From an uncultured Lentisphaeraceae bacterium (GTDB taxonomy: Bacteria; Verrucomicrobiota; Kiritimatiellia; RFP12; UBA1067), in assembly GCA_964636295.1 (NCBI GenBank), contig CAZWQY010000006.1, forward strand, positions 10,486-74,485: 64,000 nt of DNA, given 5' to 3'. The notes under the pieces are model-generated. The model was not told where the DNA came from. It ran no database searches and saw only the letters and a program-made list of their open reading frames with translations. Shown here one piece after another: positions 35,748-43,422 of this stretch. The position numbers and the translations under genes were made by a program. The stretch's first letter is position 1, and each line of letters begins with the position of its first letter.

Positions 35748-35845
35748 CGTTCGGGGACTGGGGCAGTCCCGAATCGGGAGTCTCGCAAATTTTTTGGAAC
35801 AGGTAGAACAACGAAACAAATTAGACGAATCGAGGGTTTACGGCA

Positions 35846-37690
35846 ATGGCCAAGACTGACATCACGGCGGACGAGCTCCGCGACCTCTATCTCACGTTCT
35901 TCGAGTCGAAGGGGCACAAGATCATCCCCGGCGCCTCGGTGATTCCCGAAAACGATCCGACCGTCCTCTTCACGACGGCGGGCATGCATCCGCTCGTGCC
36001 GTATCTGATGGGCGCGATGGAGCATCCGGCCGGGACGCGCCTGACGGACGTGCAGAAGTGCGTGCGCACGGGCGACATCGACGCGGTCGGCGACGCGGCG
36101 CATCTCACGTTCTTCGAGATGCTCGGCAACTGGTCGCTGAACGACTACTTCAAGAAGGAGGCGATCAGCTGGTCGTTCGAGTTCCTGACGACGAAGCTCG
36201 GCTTCAGTCCCGAACAGCTCAACGTCACGGTCTTCCGTGGCGAGGGGAAGCCGGGCGAGGACGGCTACATTCCGGCCGACGAGGAGGCCGTCGCGATCTG
36301 GAAGTCGTTGGGGCTGCCCGACGAGCGGATCTTCCGCCTGCCGCGCGAGGACAACTGGTGGGGTCCGGCCGGGACGACCGGCCCGTGCGGGCCGGACACC
36401 GAGATGTTCATCGACACGGGCAAGCCGACGTGCGGGCCGGACTGCCGCCCCGGCTGTTCCTGCGGCAAGTACATCGAGATCTGGAACGACGTCTTCATGC
36501 AGTACCTCAAGAACGAGGAGGGCAAGTTCGTTCCGCTCGGCCGACACAACGTCGACACGGGCATGGGCGTCGAACGCACGGTCTGTATGATGACGGGCGC
36601 GCCGACGGTCTATGACACGGAGATCTTCCAGCCGATCATGGCGAAGATCGACGAGCTGCGGGCCGCCGGCGGTGCGGACGGCGAGCGGCTGAACGCGGAG
36701 GAGACCCTCAAGGCGCGGCGCATCGTCGCCGACCACATGCGCACGGCGACGTTCATCCTCTGCGACCCGAAGGGCGGCGTGAAGCCGGGCAACGTCGGCG
36801 CGAACTACGTCCTGCGGCGTCTCATCCGCCGCGCGGTGCGCTACGCGCGCCAGCTCGGCATCGCCGAGGGCTTCACCGTGACGCTCGCCGAGGTCATCTG
36901 CGAGAAGTACAGCCACGTCTATCCGGAGCTCAAGGCGAACCTCGAGCAGTGCCGGCATGACCTGGAGGCCGAGGAGAAGCGCTTCAACGCGACGCTCGAC
37001 AAGGGCGAGGCGATGTACAAGAAGGTCGCCGAGCAGCTCAAGGCGCACGGCCAGTCGCAGATCAGCGGCAAGACGGCGTTCAAGCTCTACGACACGTTCG
37101 GCTTCCCGTTCGAGATGACGTGCGAGATGGCGGCGAAGGACGGCCTCACGGTGGACAAGGACGGCTTCGAGGAGGCGAACCGCAAGCACCAGGAACTCTC
37201 GCGCACGACGAGCGCGGGCGCGTTCAAGGCAGGGCTTCAGGACAACTCCGAAGTCGTCACGCGCATGCACACGGCGACGCATCTCCTGCACGCGGCGCTT
37301 CATCAGGTGCTCGGCCCGACGGCGTTGCAGAAGGGCTCGAACATCACCGCCGAGCGTCTGCGCTTCGACTTCACCTGGCCGCAGCCGATGACGGCGGAGG
37401 AGAAGGCGAAGGTCGAGGAGCTCGTCAACGGCTGGATCGCCCAGGGGATTGACGTCACGAAGAAGATGACGACCGTCGAGGAGGCGAAGAAGGAAGGCGC
37501 GATGGCGCTCTTCGGCGCGAAGTACGGTGACCAGGTCTCGCTCTACTCGATCGGCGACGTCTCGAAGGAGATCTGCTGCGGGCCGCACGTGGCGAACACG
37601 AAGGAACTCGGCAGCTTCAAGATCGTCAAGGAGCAGAGCTCGTCCGCCGGGGTGCGTCGCATCAAGGCGGTCATCGGCAACCTCAGCTGA
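35846..37690 (+). CDS. alaS: Alanine--tRNA ligase lacking the C-terminal C-Ala/DHHA1 domain
   Basis: FFESKGHKIIPGASVIPENDPTVLFTTAGM, FFEMLGNWS, and editing-domain motifs HTATHLLHAAL and CCGPHV. The protein ends soon after the editing domain, at 614 aa. Confidence 0.9.
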   Translation: MAKTDITADELRDLYLTFFESKGHKIIPGASVIPENDPTVLFTTAGMHPLVPYLMGAMEHPAGTRLTDVQKCVRTGDIDAVGDAAHLTFFEMLGNWSLNDYFKKEAISWSFEFLTTKLGFSPEQLNVTVFRGEGKPGEDGYIPADEEAVAIWKSLGLPDERIFRLPREDNWWGPAGTTGPCGPDTEMFIDTGKPTCGPDCRPGCSCGKYIEIWNDVFMQYLKNEEGKFVPLGRHNVDTGMGVERTVCMMTGAPTVYDTEIFQPIMAKIDELRAAGGADGERLNAEETLKARRIVADHMRTATFILCDPKGGVKPGNVGANYVLRRLIRRAVRYARQLGIAEGFTVTLAEVICEKYSHVYPELKANLEQCRHDLEAEEKRFNATLDKGEAMYKKVAEQLKAHGQSQISGKTAFKLYDTFGFPFEMTCEMAAKDGLTVDKDGFEEANRKHQELSRTTSAGAFKAGLQDNSEVVTRMHTATHLLHAALHQVLGPTALQKGSNITAERLRFDFTWPQPMTAEEKAKVEELVNGWIAQGIDVTKKMTTVEEAKKEGAMALFGAKYGDQVSLYSIGDVSKEICCGPHVANTKELGSFKIVKEQSSSAGVRRIKAVIGNLS

Positions 37691-37707
37691 GGCTTGGGGG
37701 CGCGGGC

Positions 37708-38397
37708 GTGGCCGGCGAGACGGTCAAGTCGGAGGCGATCTGCCTGTCGGTCCGCCCGTGGTCGCAGACGAGCCACATCGTCGCGTGGCTGACGCCGCGC
37801 GGCAAGGTCGGGACGGTCGTGAAGGGCGCCGTCCGGCCGAAGAGCTTTTTCCTCGGCCAGTACGACCTCAACTACACGTGCGAGATCCTCTACTACGGCC
37901 GCGCGCGCGGCGACTTGCACGCGCTGCGCGACTGCGCGCCGCTCGTTCGGCGCGACGACCTGCGGACGGACTACCGGGCGCTCGTCTTGGCGGACTACTT
38001 TCGCCGCCTGGTCGCCGACTACGCGCCGGCGGGTCCGGAGTGCGCCGCCTGGTACGACCTTCTGACGGACGCCCTTGACGCGCTGGCGGCAGGGGGCGCG
38101 CCGGATGTCGGACGGCTTCTGTGCTTTGAGCTGGACGTGTTGCATCTCCTGGGCCTCGCGCCCGAGATCGAGGCCGCGTCCGGCGTCTTCCAGTTGCGCG
38201 GCGAGCGGACGATTCCCGTCTCGCGGGCCGTCGCGGCCTACCTGCGGAATCCCGGACAAGGTGCGCGCGATCCGAAAATCCCCCTTGACGCGGCACGGGT
38301 AATTGGTGTATTCTATCACTTCCACTTGGACTGTGCCCCCGACGTGCGGCGGACAGTTCTCGCGCTGATTTCGAAAAACAACGAAAGAACACGATAA
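37708..38397 (+). CDS. recO: DNA repair protein RecO
   Basis: Size and an OB-fold-like N-terminus (EAICLSVRPWSQTSHIVAWLTPRGKV) are typical of RecO. The start is GTG. Confidence 0.65.
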   Translation: MAGETVKSEAICLSVRPWSQTSHIVAWLTPRGKVGTVVKGAVRPKSFFLGQYDLNYTCEILYYGRARGDLHALRDCAPLVRRDDLRTDYRALVLADYFRRLVADYAPAGPECAAWYDLLTDALDALAAGGAPDVGRLLCFELDVLHLLGLAPEIEAASGVFQLRGERTIPVSRAVAAYLRNPGQGARDPKIPLDAARVIGVFYHFHLDCAPDVRRTVLALISKNNERTR

Positions 38398-38398
38398 G

Positions 38399-39472
38399 AT
38401 GATGAACATGAAGGTGATGGGCGCCGCGCTTCTGGCCGGTGCGATGGCGATTGGGTGCTCGCAGAAGGCCTCGGAAGAGACGGCTGACGGCGTGGCCTTG
38501 ACGGTGAACGGCCAGACGCTCACGAAGGCGCAGATCGCGGCCGACATCGAGAAGATTCTCGCGGCGCAGGGCGGCAAGATCCCCACGAACCAGCTCGCCT
38601 ACGCGCGGCAGATGTTCGGCAATCAGCTTGCGCAGAGCTTCATCGTCGAGAACGTCCTCGTGGCGAAGGCGAAGGCCGAGGGCTTTGCCGTGACGGACGA
38701 GGATCGCAAGGCGCGCGAGGACGAGTTCCTCAAGGCGGCGGCGAACATGCCGGATGCGCCGAAGTCGGTCGAGGACTACTTCAAGAAGTTCCCGCTGGGC
38801 GAGGCGCGTGCGCGGGCCGAGTTCGAGAACGGCATTCTCATCGACAAGATGCTGAAGGCCTATCAGGCCAAGGAGGCGAAGAAGGACTTCGCGGCCGAGG
38901 CGCAGAAGCGGCTTGACGAGCTGACCGCGCAGAACGAGAAGGCGGCGACGGCGGAGAAGGATGCGCTCGCGAAGATCCAGGGCTTCAAGGCCGAGCTCGA
39001 CAAGACGCCCGCGAAGGACGTCGCGGCGAAGTTCGCCGAGCTGGCGAAGGCGAATTCCGCCTGCCCGTCGTCCGCGAAGGGCGGCGACCTCGGCGAGTTC
39101 ACGCATGGCCAGATGGTGAAGGAGTTCGACGAAGTCGCGTTCAAGCTGCCCGTCGGCAAGGTCTCCGATCCGGTGAAGACGCAGTTCGGCCAGCACCTCA
39201 TCCTCGTGACGAAGAAGACGCCGGCCGTTGCGGCGAAGGGCGACACGCCCGCGACGCCTGAAAAGGTTCAGGCGAGCCACATCCTCGTCAAGACGACGGG
39301 TGTCCAGCCGCTTCCCAAGAAGGAAGACCTCGTGAAGATGCTGGAGAGCCAGGCCGAGCGCGCGTTCATGCAGACGTTCGTCATGGATCAGATTCGCGCG
39401 GCGAAGATCGAGGCGGCTGAGGAATACAAGCAGTTCCTTCCGCCTGCGGTTGAAAAGCCGACCGAGAAATGA
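38399..39472 (+). CDS. Parvulin-type peptidyl-prolyl isomerase (SurA/PrsA-like), probable lipoprotein
   Basis: Signal plus lipobox-like AMAIGC. PpiC domain: CPSSAKGGDLGEFTHGQMVKEFDEVAF...FGQHLILV, plus ASHILVK. Confidence 0.8.
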   Translation: MMNMKVMGAALLAGAMAIGCSQKASEETADGVALTVNGQTLTKAQIAADIEKILAAQGGKIPTNQLAYARQMFGNQLAQSFIVENVLVAKAKAEGFAVTDEDRKAREDEFLKAAANMPDAPKSVEDYFKKFPLGEARARAEFENGILIDKMLKAYQAKEAKKDFAAEAQKRLDELTAQNEKAATAEKDALAKIQGFKAELDKTPAKDVAAKFAELAKANSACPSSAKGGDLGEFTHGQMVKEFDEVAFKLPVGKVSDPVKTQFGQHLILVTKKTPAVAAKGDTPATPEKVQASHILVKTTGVQPLPKKEDLVKMLESQAERAFMQTFVMDQIRAAKIEAAEEYKQFLPPAVEKPTEK

Positions 39473-39478
39473 TATACT
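39470..39478 (+). promoter_or_regulatory. Extended -10-like box TGATATACT for the small basic protein gene; its TGA is the parvulin gene stop
   Basis: TGATATACT, then a 31-nt A-rich leader (GAAAGGAAGATAAAAA), then ATG 39510. Confidence 0.55.
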
Positions 39479-39509
39479 ACGCTCTCATCGATTGAAAGGA
39501 AGATAAAAA

Positions 39510-39665
39510 ATGAGCCAGCATGCATCTCTTAAGGGTTCCGGCAAGATTACCTCGAAGCGCAATGTCCTCAAGCGTTTTGAGCGCGTTGATCTCCTCCAGA
39601 AGCGTGGGGAGTGGAAGGAGGGTTGCCGCGGCCTTGGCTTGAAGAAGACCAAGCCCGAAGCCTAA
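39510..39665 (+). CDS. Small basic protein (51 aa)
   Basis: Not in the ORF track because it is under 60 aa. Sequence MSQHASLKGSGKITSKRNVLKRFERVDLLQKRGEWKEGCRGLGLKKTKPEA. It has its own TGATATACT box, an A-rich leader and a downstream intrinsic terminator. It resembles the 'small basic protein' family annotated in PVC-group genomes; this is from memory and needs an HMM check. Confidence 0.6.
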   Translation: MSQHASLKGSGKITSKRNVLKRFERVDLLQKRGEWKEGCRGLGLKKTKPEA

Positions 39666-39690
39666 GCCTTTTCCAAAGGTCAGTATTGGT

Positions 39691-39726
39691 GCGCCCGGAT
39701 TTGAACATTCGGGCGTTTCTTTTTTC
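39691..39726 (+). terminator. Intrinsic terminator after the small basic protein gene
   Basis: CGCCCGGA...TTCGGGCG stem followed by TTTCTTTTTT. Confidence 0.7.
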
Positions 39727-39958
39727 GGATTCACTTTTTGATGTTGTCGGAAGTGCCACGGGTGGCTGGCGACGCGCTGGTTCACCTCGTGGAATTGAAG
39801 CGGAAGCGAAAGTCAGAGACAGTATTCACCTCGCGGAAGCCATGTCGGGAGGCATCCGAAAAAGCTCGGAGCGAGCTGCTTCCCGCGCCGCAGCGATGGA
39901 TGGCGTGCCTCTCTGATAATGGTTTTCAACGGGGCGGTTGCAGACAACGGCCCCGTTA

Positions 39959-39967
39959 TGGTATACT
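39959..39967 (+). promoter_or_regulatory. Extended -10-like box TGGTATACT upstream of the FadL-like gene
   Basis: TGGTATACT, then a 35-nt A-rich leader, then ATG 40003. It is preceded by the hairpin AACGGGGC...GCCCCGTT. Confidence 0.55.
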
Positions 39968-40002
39968 ACGCGAATCTGACAAAAAAAGAGAAAGTGTCAA
40001 AG

Positions 40003-41253
40003 ATGAAAAAATTGCTTCTTGGCTTGTGTATGGGACTTCCGCTGGGCGCGGCCTATTCGGCTGGATTTGGCCTTTATGAGGCTTCTGCGCGCGGAAATGC
40101 GCTCGGTGGCACGCTCGTTGGTTCGACGAAGGATGCGTCGGCCGTCTACTACAACCCGGCAAACATGACAGAAACGACGAATGTGTCGGTCATGGTCGGC
40201 TCGACGCTTGTCTGGCTCTATTCGGACGTGACGGTGGACGGGCGGAGCGAGCGGAACATGAATCCCGGACTGTTCTGCATTCCGAACTTCTACCTGACGA
40301 CGCCGGTGTGGGGCGATCTCTTCTTCGGCCTTGGCATTTTCTGCGAGAATGGCCTCGGCACGAAGTACGGCACGGACTGGACGCTTGCGGGCGACACGAC
40401 CGAGACGACGCTGGAGCAGTTCACGCTCAACCCGAACCTCGCCTACAAGATCACCGAGTGGTGGTCGCTCGCGGCGGGCCTCAAGATGAGCTACATCACG
40501 TTCAACAACAAGAAGCGTCCGTACCATGGCACGCCGGGCTACAACCTTGAGTCGGAGCTGGACGGCGACGACGTCTCGATGGGCTACAACTTCGGCACGA
40601 CGTTCCGGCTCTTTGAGAACGACGACCTCGGCCGCCTGAACCTCGGCGTCGTCTATCGCTCGCAGATCAAGCACAAAATCAAGGGCGACTTCGACATTCG
40701 CGGCTCCATCGGGCCGTATCCCTACCAGGCGTTGGGCGGCGACACGCACAGTGACGCGAGCGCGAAGCTGACGCTGCCGCAGTCGCTCACGGCCGGTCTC
40801 AACTGGGATTCGCCGAACGAGAAGTGGCACGTGGGCTTTGCGACGACGTGGACGCAGTGGTCGAGCGTGGACACGATCGCCTTCAAGATTCCGGCGCGCA
40901 AGCCGATTACCGGGGAGGCGACGTCGTTTGACCTGCCGCTGGAATGGGATGACGTCTGGCGTTTCTCGGTCGGTCTCGAATATGACGTCACGGACGACTT
41001 CTCGCTTCGTTGCGGCTATGTCTACGACATGGATCCCTCGTCGGAAGAGCGCGGCACGACGATGCTGCCGGGCGGCGACCGCAACATCATCGGCTTGGGT
41101 TGCGGCTACTATGTCTGGCGTTCGTTGCGCCTTGACCTCGGCTACAACCTCGTCAAGATGGATTCGGGCGAGCGGGAGATCGAAGGGCACATGTTCGGGA
41201 CGCGCAACTCGTATTCGCACATGCTGTCGGCCTCGCTTTCCTACACGTTCTGA
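40003..41253 (+). CDS. Outer-membrane transport protein, OMPP1/FadL/TodX family
   Basis: Signal peptide MKKLLLGLCMGLPLGAAYS, then GFGLYEASARGNALGG...DASAVYYNPANM, the family N-terminal signature. The C-terminal residue is F. The listed N-extension reads through the TGGTATACT box. Confidence 0.75.
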   Translation: MKKLLLGLCMGLPLGAAYSAGFGLYEASARGNALGGTLVGSTKDASAVYYNPANMTETTNVSVMVGSTLVWLYSDVTVDGRSERNMNPGLFCIPNFYLTTPVWGDLFFGLGIFCENGLGTKYGTDWTLAGDTTETTLEQFTLNPNLAYKITEWWSLAAGLKMSYITFNNKKRPYHGTPGYNLESELDGDDVSMGYNFGTTFRLFENDDLGRLNLGVVYRSQIKHKIKGDFDIRGSIGPYPYQALGGDTHSDASAKLTLPQSLTAGLNWDSPNEKWHVGFATTWTQWSSVDTIAFKIPARKPITGEATSFDLPLEWDDVWRFSVGLEYDVTDDFSLRCGYVYDMDPSSEERGTTMLPGGDRNIIGLGCGYYVWRSLRLDLGYNLVKMDSGEREIEGHMFGTRNSYSHMLSASLSYTF

Positions 41254-41262
41254 TGGCGAATT

Positions 41263-41271
41263 TGGTATAAT
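41263..41271 (+). promoter_or_regulatory. Extended -10 box TGGTATAAT, 8 nt before the TetR ATG (leaderless)
   Basis: TGGTATAAT-GCGCCCCG-ATG(41280). Confidence 0.7.
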
Positions 41272-41279
41272 GCGCCCCG

Positions 41280-41882
41280 ATGGCGAACAGGACGGTCAAT
41301 CATCGGGAGCGCAAGCGTGAAATCCGCGCGATCAGCCTTCGGCTGTTCGCGCGGCATGGCTTTGACGACGTCAATTTCGGCATGATTGCCGAGGCGTGCG
41401 GCATTTCGCGGACGCTTCTCTACACCTACTTCAAGGACAAGCGCCAGATCTTCAACGAGGCGATTGACGAGGCGACGGACGTCGTCGGCGTCCGCTACCG
41501 CGAGATTGCGCGCTCGCGCCTGTCGGCAGACGCGAAATTGCGGCAGATTTGCATTGCCGTCTTCGCGCTGCTCTTCGACAACCGCGACTTCCTCTGCGTC
41601 ATCGTCGATTTTCTCTGCGCCGTGCGGCGTGGCGGGACGATTCCCGTCGGCAACATCCTGCGGCACACGATGGGGTTGAAGCGCATTCTCCACTCGTTCA
41701 TCGTCGAGGCGATCCACAGGGGCGAATACGACGCGGCCGTGAACGCCAACCGGGCGACGGCGCTTCTCTATTCCCAGTTCGAGACGGCCGTCCTGCGCAT
41801 CGCCGTTTCGGGGCAGGCCGAGATTTCCGAGTCCATCGACGCGCTGAACGCGATTCTCTTTTCCTTTCGGTCGTCGCGCTAG
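41280..41882 (+). CDS. TetR/AcrR family transcriptional regulator
   Basis: HTH region IRAISLRLFARHGFDDVNFGMIAEACGISRTLLYTYFKDK. The ATG is 8 nt after TGGTATAAT. Confidence 0.85.
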   Translation: MANRTVNHRERKREIRAISLRLFARHGFDDVNFGMIAEACGISRTLLYTYFKDKRQIFNEAIDEATDVVGVRYREIARSRLSADAKLRQICIAVFALLFDNRDFLCVIVDFLCAVRRGGTIPVGNILRHTMGLKRILHSFIVEAIHRGEYDAAVNANRATALLYSQFETAVLRIAVSGQAEISESIDALNAILFSFRSSR

Positions 41883-41893
41883 GGAACGAAAAG

Positions 41894-41953
41894 CCCCGGC
41901 TCGGAACGTCCGAAGCCGGGGACCCGCTGTAACCACCAACAGGATTTTTTTTT
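41894..41953. terminator. Hairpin plus T9/A9 tract between convergent tetR and OMP genes (possibly bidirectional terminator)
   Basis: CCCCGGCT...AGCCGGGG (8-bp stem, 41894-41921) and TTTTTTTTT at 41945-41953. Confidence 0.45.
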
Positions 41954-41983
41954 CTCAGGCCATGTGTGCGTGTGGCCAGGAAA

Positions 41984-42892
41984 TCAGAATGCGACGGCGA
42001 GCGCGAGGCCCGTCACGAAGTTGTAGCTCTCCGAGTAGGACTCCGTTCCCTCGTAGTTGCTCGCGGCGTCGCGGGCCGACGAGTCGAAGAGGTAGTCGTA
42101 GTAGGCGAGGTACGCGCCGAGCGAGACGCCGTCCGTGATGTTCCACGTGAACTCGCCCTTGAGGCAGGTGTCCATCAGGCTCTGGCGGTTGAGTCCGTTG
42201 ACGTCCTCCAGGTAGGCCGTGACGCGACGCTGGTCGCCCCAGCCCTGCGCGAGCGAGACGCGGAAGGAGAGGATGTCGTCGTCGCCTTCTTCCTTGCCCT
42301 CGACGATCGAGAACGTGTGGCCGATCTCAAGGTTCAGGTAGGTGCCGTCGTCGCGGTCGATGTCGCGCTCGTAGGCGAACGTCGGCTCGAACCAGAGGTC
42401 GGGGAGACCGATCGAGAAGGTGATGAACTGCGTGTCGTCGTCCACGACGTCCGGATGCGCCTCGTACATGTAGCCGAGCTCGAACTCGACCGTCGTCGGC
42501 AGCCATGACACGTCATCCGGCCCGAACGCATGGCCAATCGCCACGCCGGGGTCGAGTTCCTGGTACCGGAACGCCCGGTCGCCGTAGCCCGCCTTTTCGC
42601 CGTAGCGCGACGTGTCGAAGATCGACTCGACGCTGAACGTCACCCAGTCGAAGAAGGTGAGGGCCGCCGACGGCGTGAGGATGGGGTCGTCGTTGTCCAC
42701 GAGACCGTAGCTCATGAACTTGGAGTCGAACGCGAGTCCGGCTTCGGCCGCGACGATGGGCGTCTCGTTGAACGTCACGCCCTCGCCCATGGCCCAGTTG
42801 AGGCCCGACGAGTTGGCTTCCGTTTCCGCCCGAACGCTGCCGCAGAACGCGGCTGCACAGGCGAGTGCTGTCATGATGTGCTTTGAGTTCAT
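41984..42892 (-). CDS. Putative outer-membrane beta-barrel protein
   Basis: Signal peptide ...CGSVRA/ETE, alternating amphipathic strands and a C-terminal ...LALAVAF. Similar in size and architecture to 50071-50973. Confidence 0.6.
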   Translation of the reverse strand: MNSKHIMTALACAAAFCGSVRAETEANSSGLNWAMGEGVTFNETPIVAAEAGLAFDSKFMSYGLVDNDDPILTPSAALTFFDWVTFSVESIFDTSRYGEKAGYGDRAFRYQELDPGVAIGHAFGPDDVSWLPTTVEFELGYMYEAHPDVVDDDTQFITFSIGLPDLWFEPTFAYERDIDRDDGTYLNLEIGHTFSIVEGKEEGDDDILSFRVSLAQGWGDQRRVTAYLEDVNGLNRQSLMDTCLKGEFTWNITDGVSLGAYLAYYDYLFDSSARDAASNYEGTESYSESYNFVTGLALAVAF

Positions 42893-43142
42893 TGTTTTGT
42901 TTTTTCCTTGTGTTTTGTTTGGCCGGTGGTTGGGCCGTTTGTTGATTGAGGTGTGTTTTTCTGATGTTTTGCCTCGGCGTTATGAGCCTCGACTTAGTTC
43001 ATTAGAATTATCTTATTTTATTAGATACGGCTTACTTTGTCGTTAAAAAAAAATTAGTTCCTTACGATTCCCTTTTGTTCATTTTTGACGCGCGAATCAG
43101 TTGCGTCGCCCCTGCGTTTGTCGGCTGTCGGCTGTCTTTTGT

Positions 43143-43260
43143 CCTCTCTCTCTCTCTCTTCTGACGGGAGAGACGTGAGGGGCGAGAGCGACATGAGACG
43201 AGAGAGACATGAGGGGCATGAGGGGCATGAGGGGCGAGAGGGGCGAGAAGGGGCGAGGCG
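43143..43260. repeat. Intergenic simple-sequence block: a (CT)n run followed by GAGAGAC / CATGAGGGG 9-mer repeats
   Basis: CTCTCTCTCTCTCTCT at about 43144-43159. CATGAGGGG x3, then CGAGAGGGG and CGAGAAGGGG at 43208-43253. The block abuts the stop codon of the feoB-associated peptide gene. Confidence 0.85.
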
Positions 43261-43422
43261 TTATTCGTGCTTCTTCTCGCAGCAGCAACACGCGTCGCCG
43301 CCACCGCAGGCCTTTCGGCTGCCGCCGCATTCGCACGGCGCGCCCTTGCGCCACGCCCGCCAGACGGCGAGCGCGGCCAGCGCAAGGACGAGTCCGAGGA
43401 TGAGCGCCGAGCCGGCGTTCAT
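43261..43422 (-). CDS. FeoB-associated Cys-rich membrane peptide (53 aa)
   Basis: MNAGSALILGLVLALAALAVWRAWRKGAPCECGGSRKACGGGDACCCCEKKHE: one TM helix plus a Cys-rich tail. Its ATG overlaps the feoB stop (ATGA). Confidence 0.7.
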   Translation of the reverse strand: MNAGSALILGLVLALAALAVWRAWRKGAPCECGGSRKACGGGDACCCCEKKHE

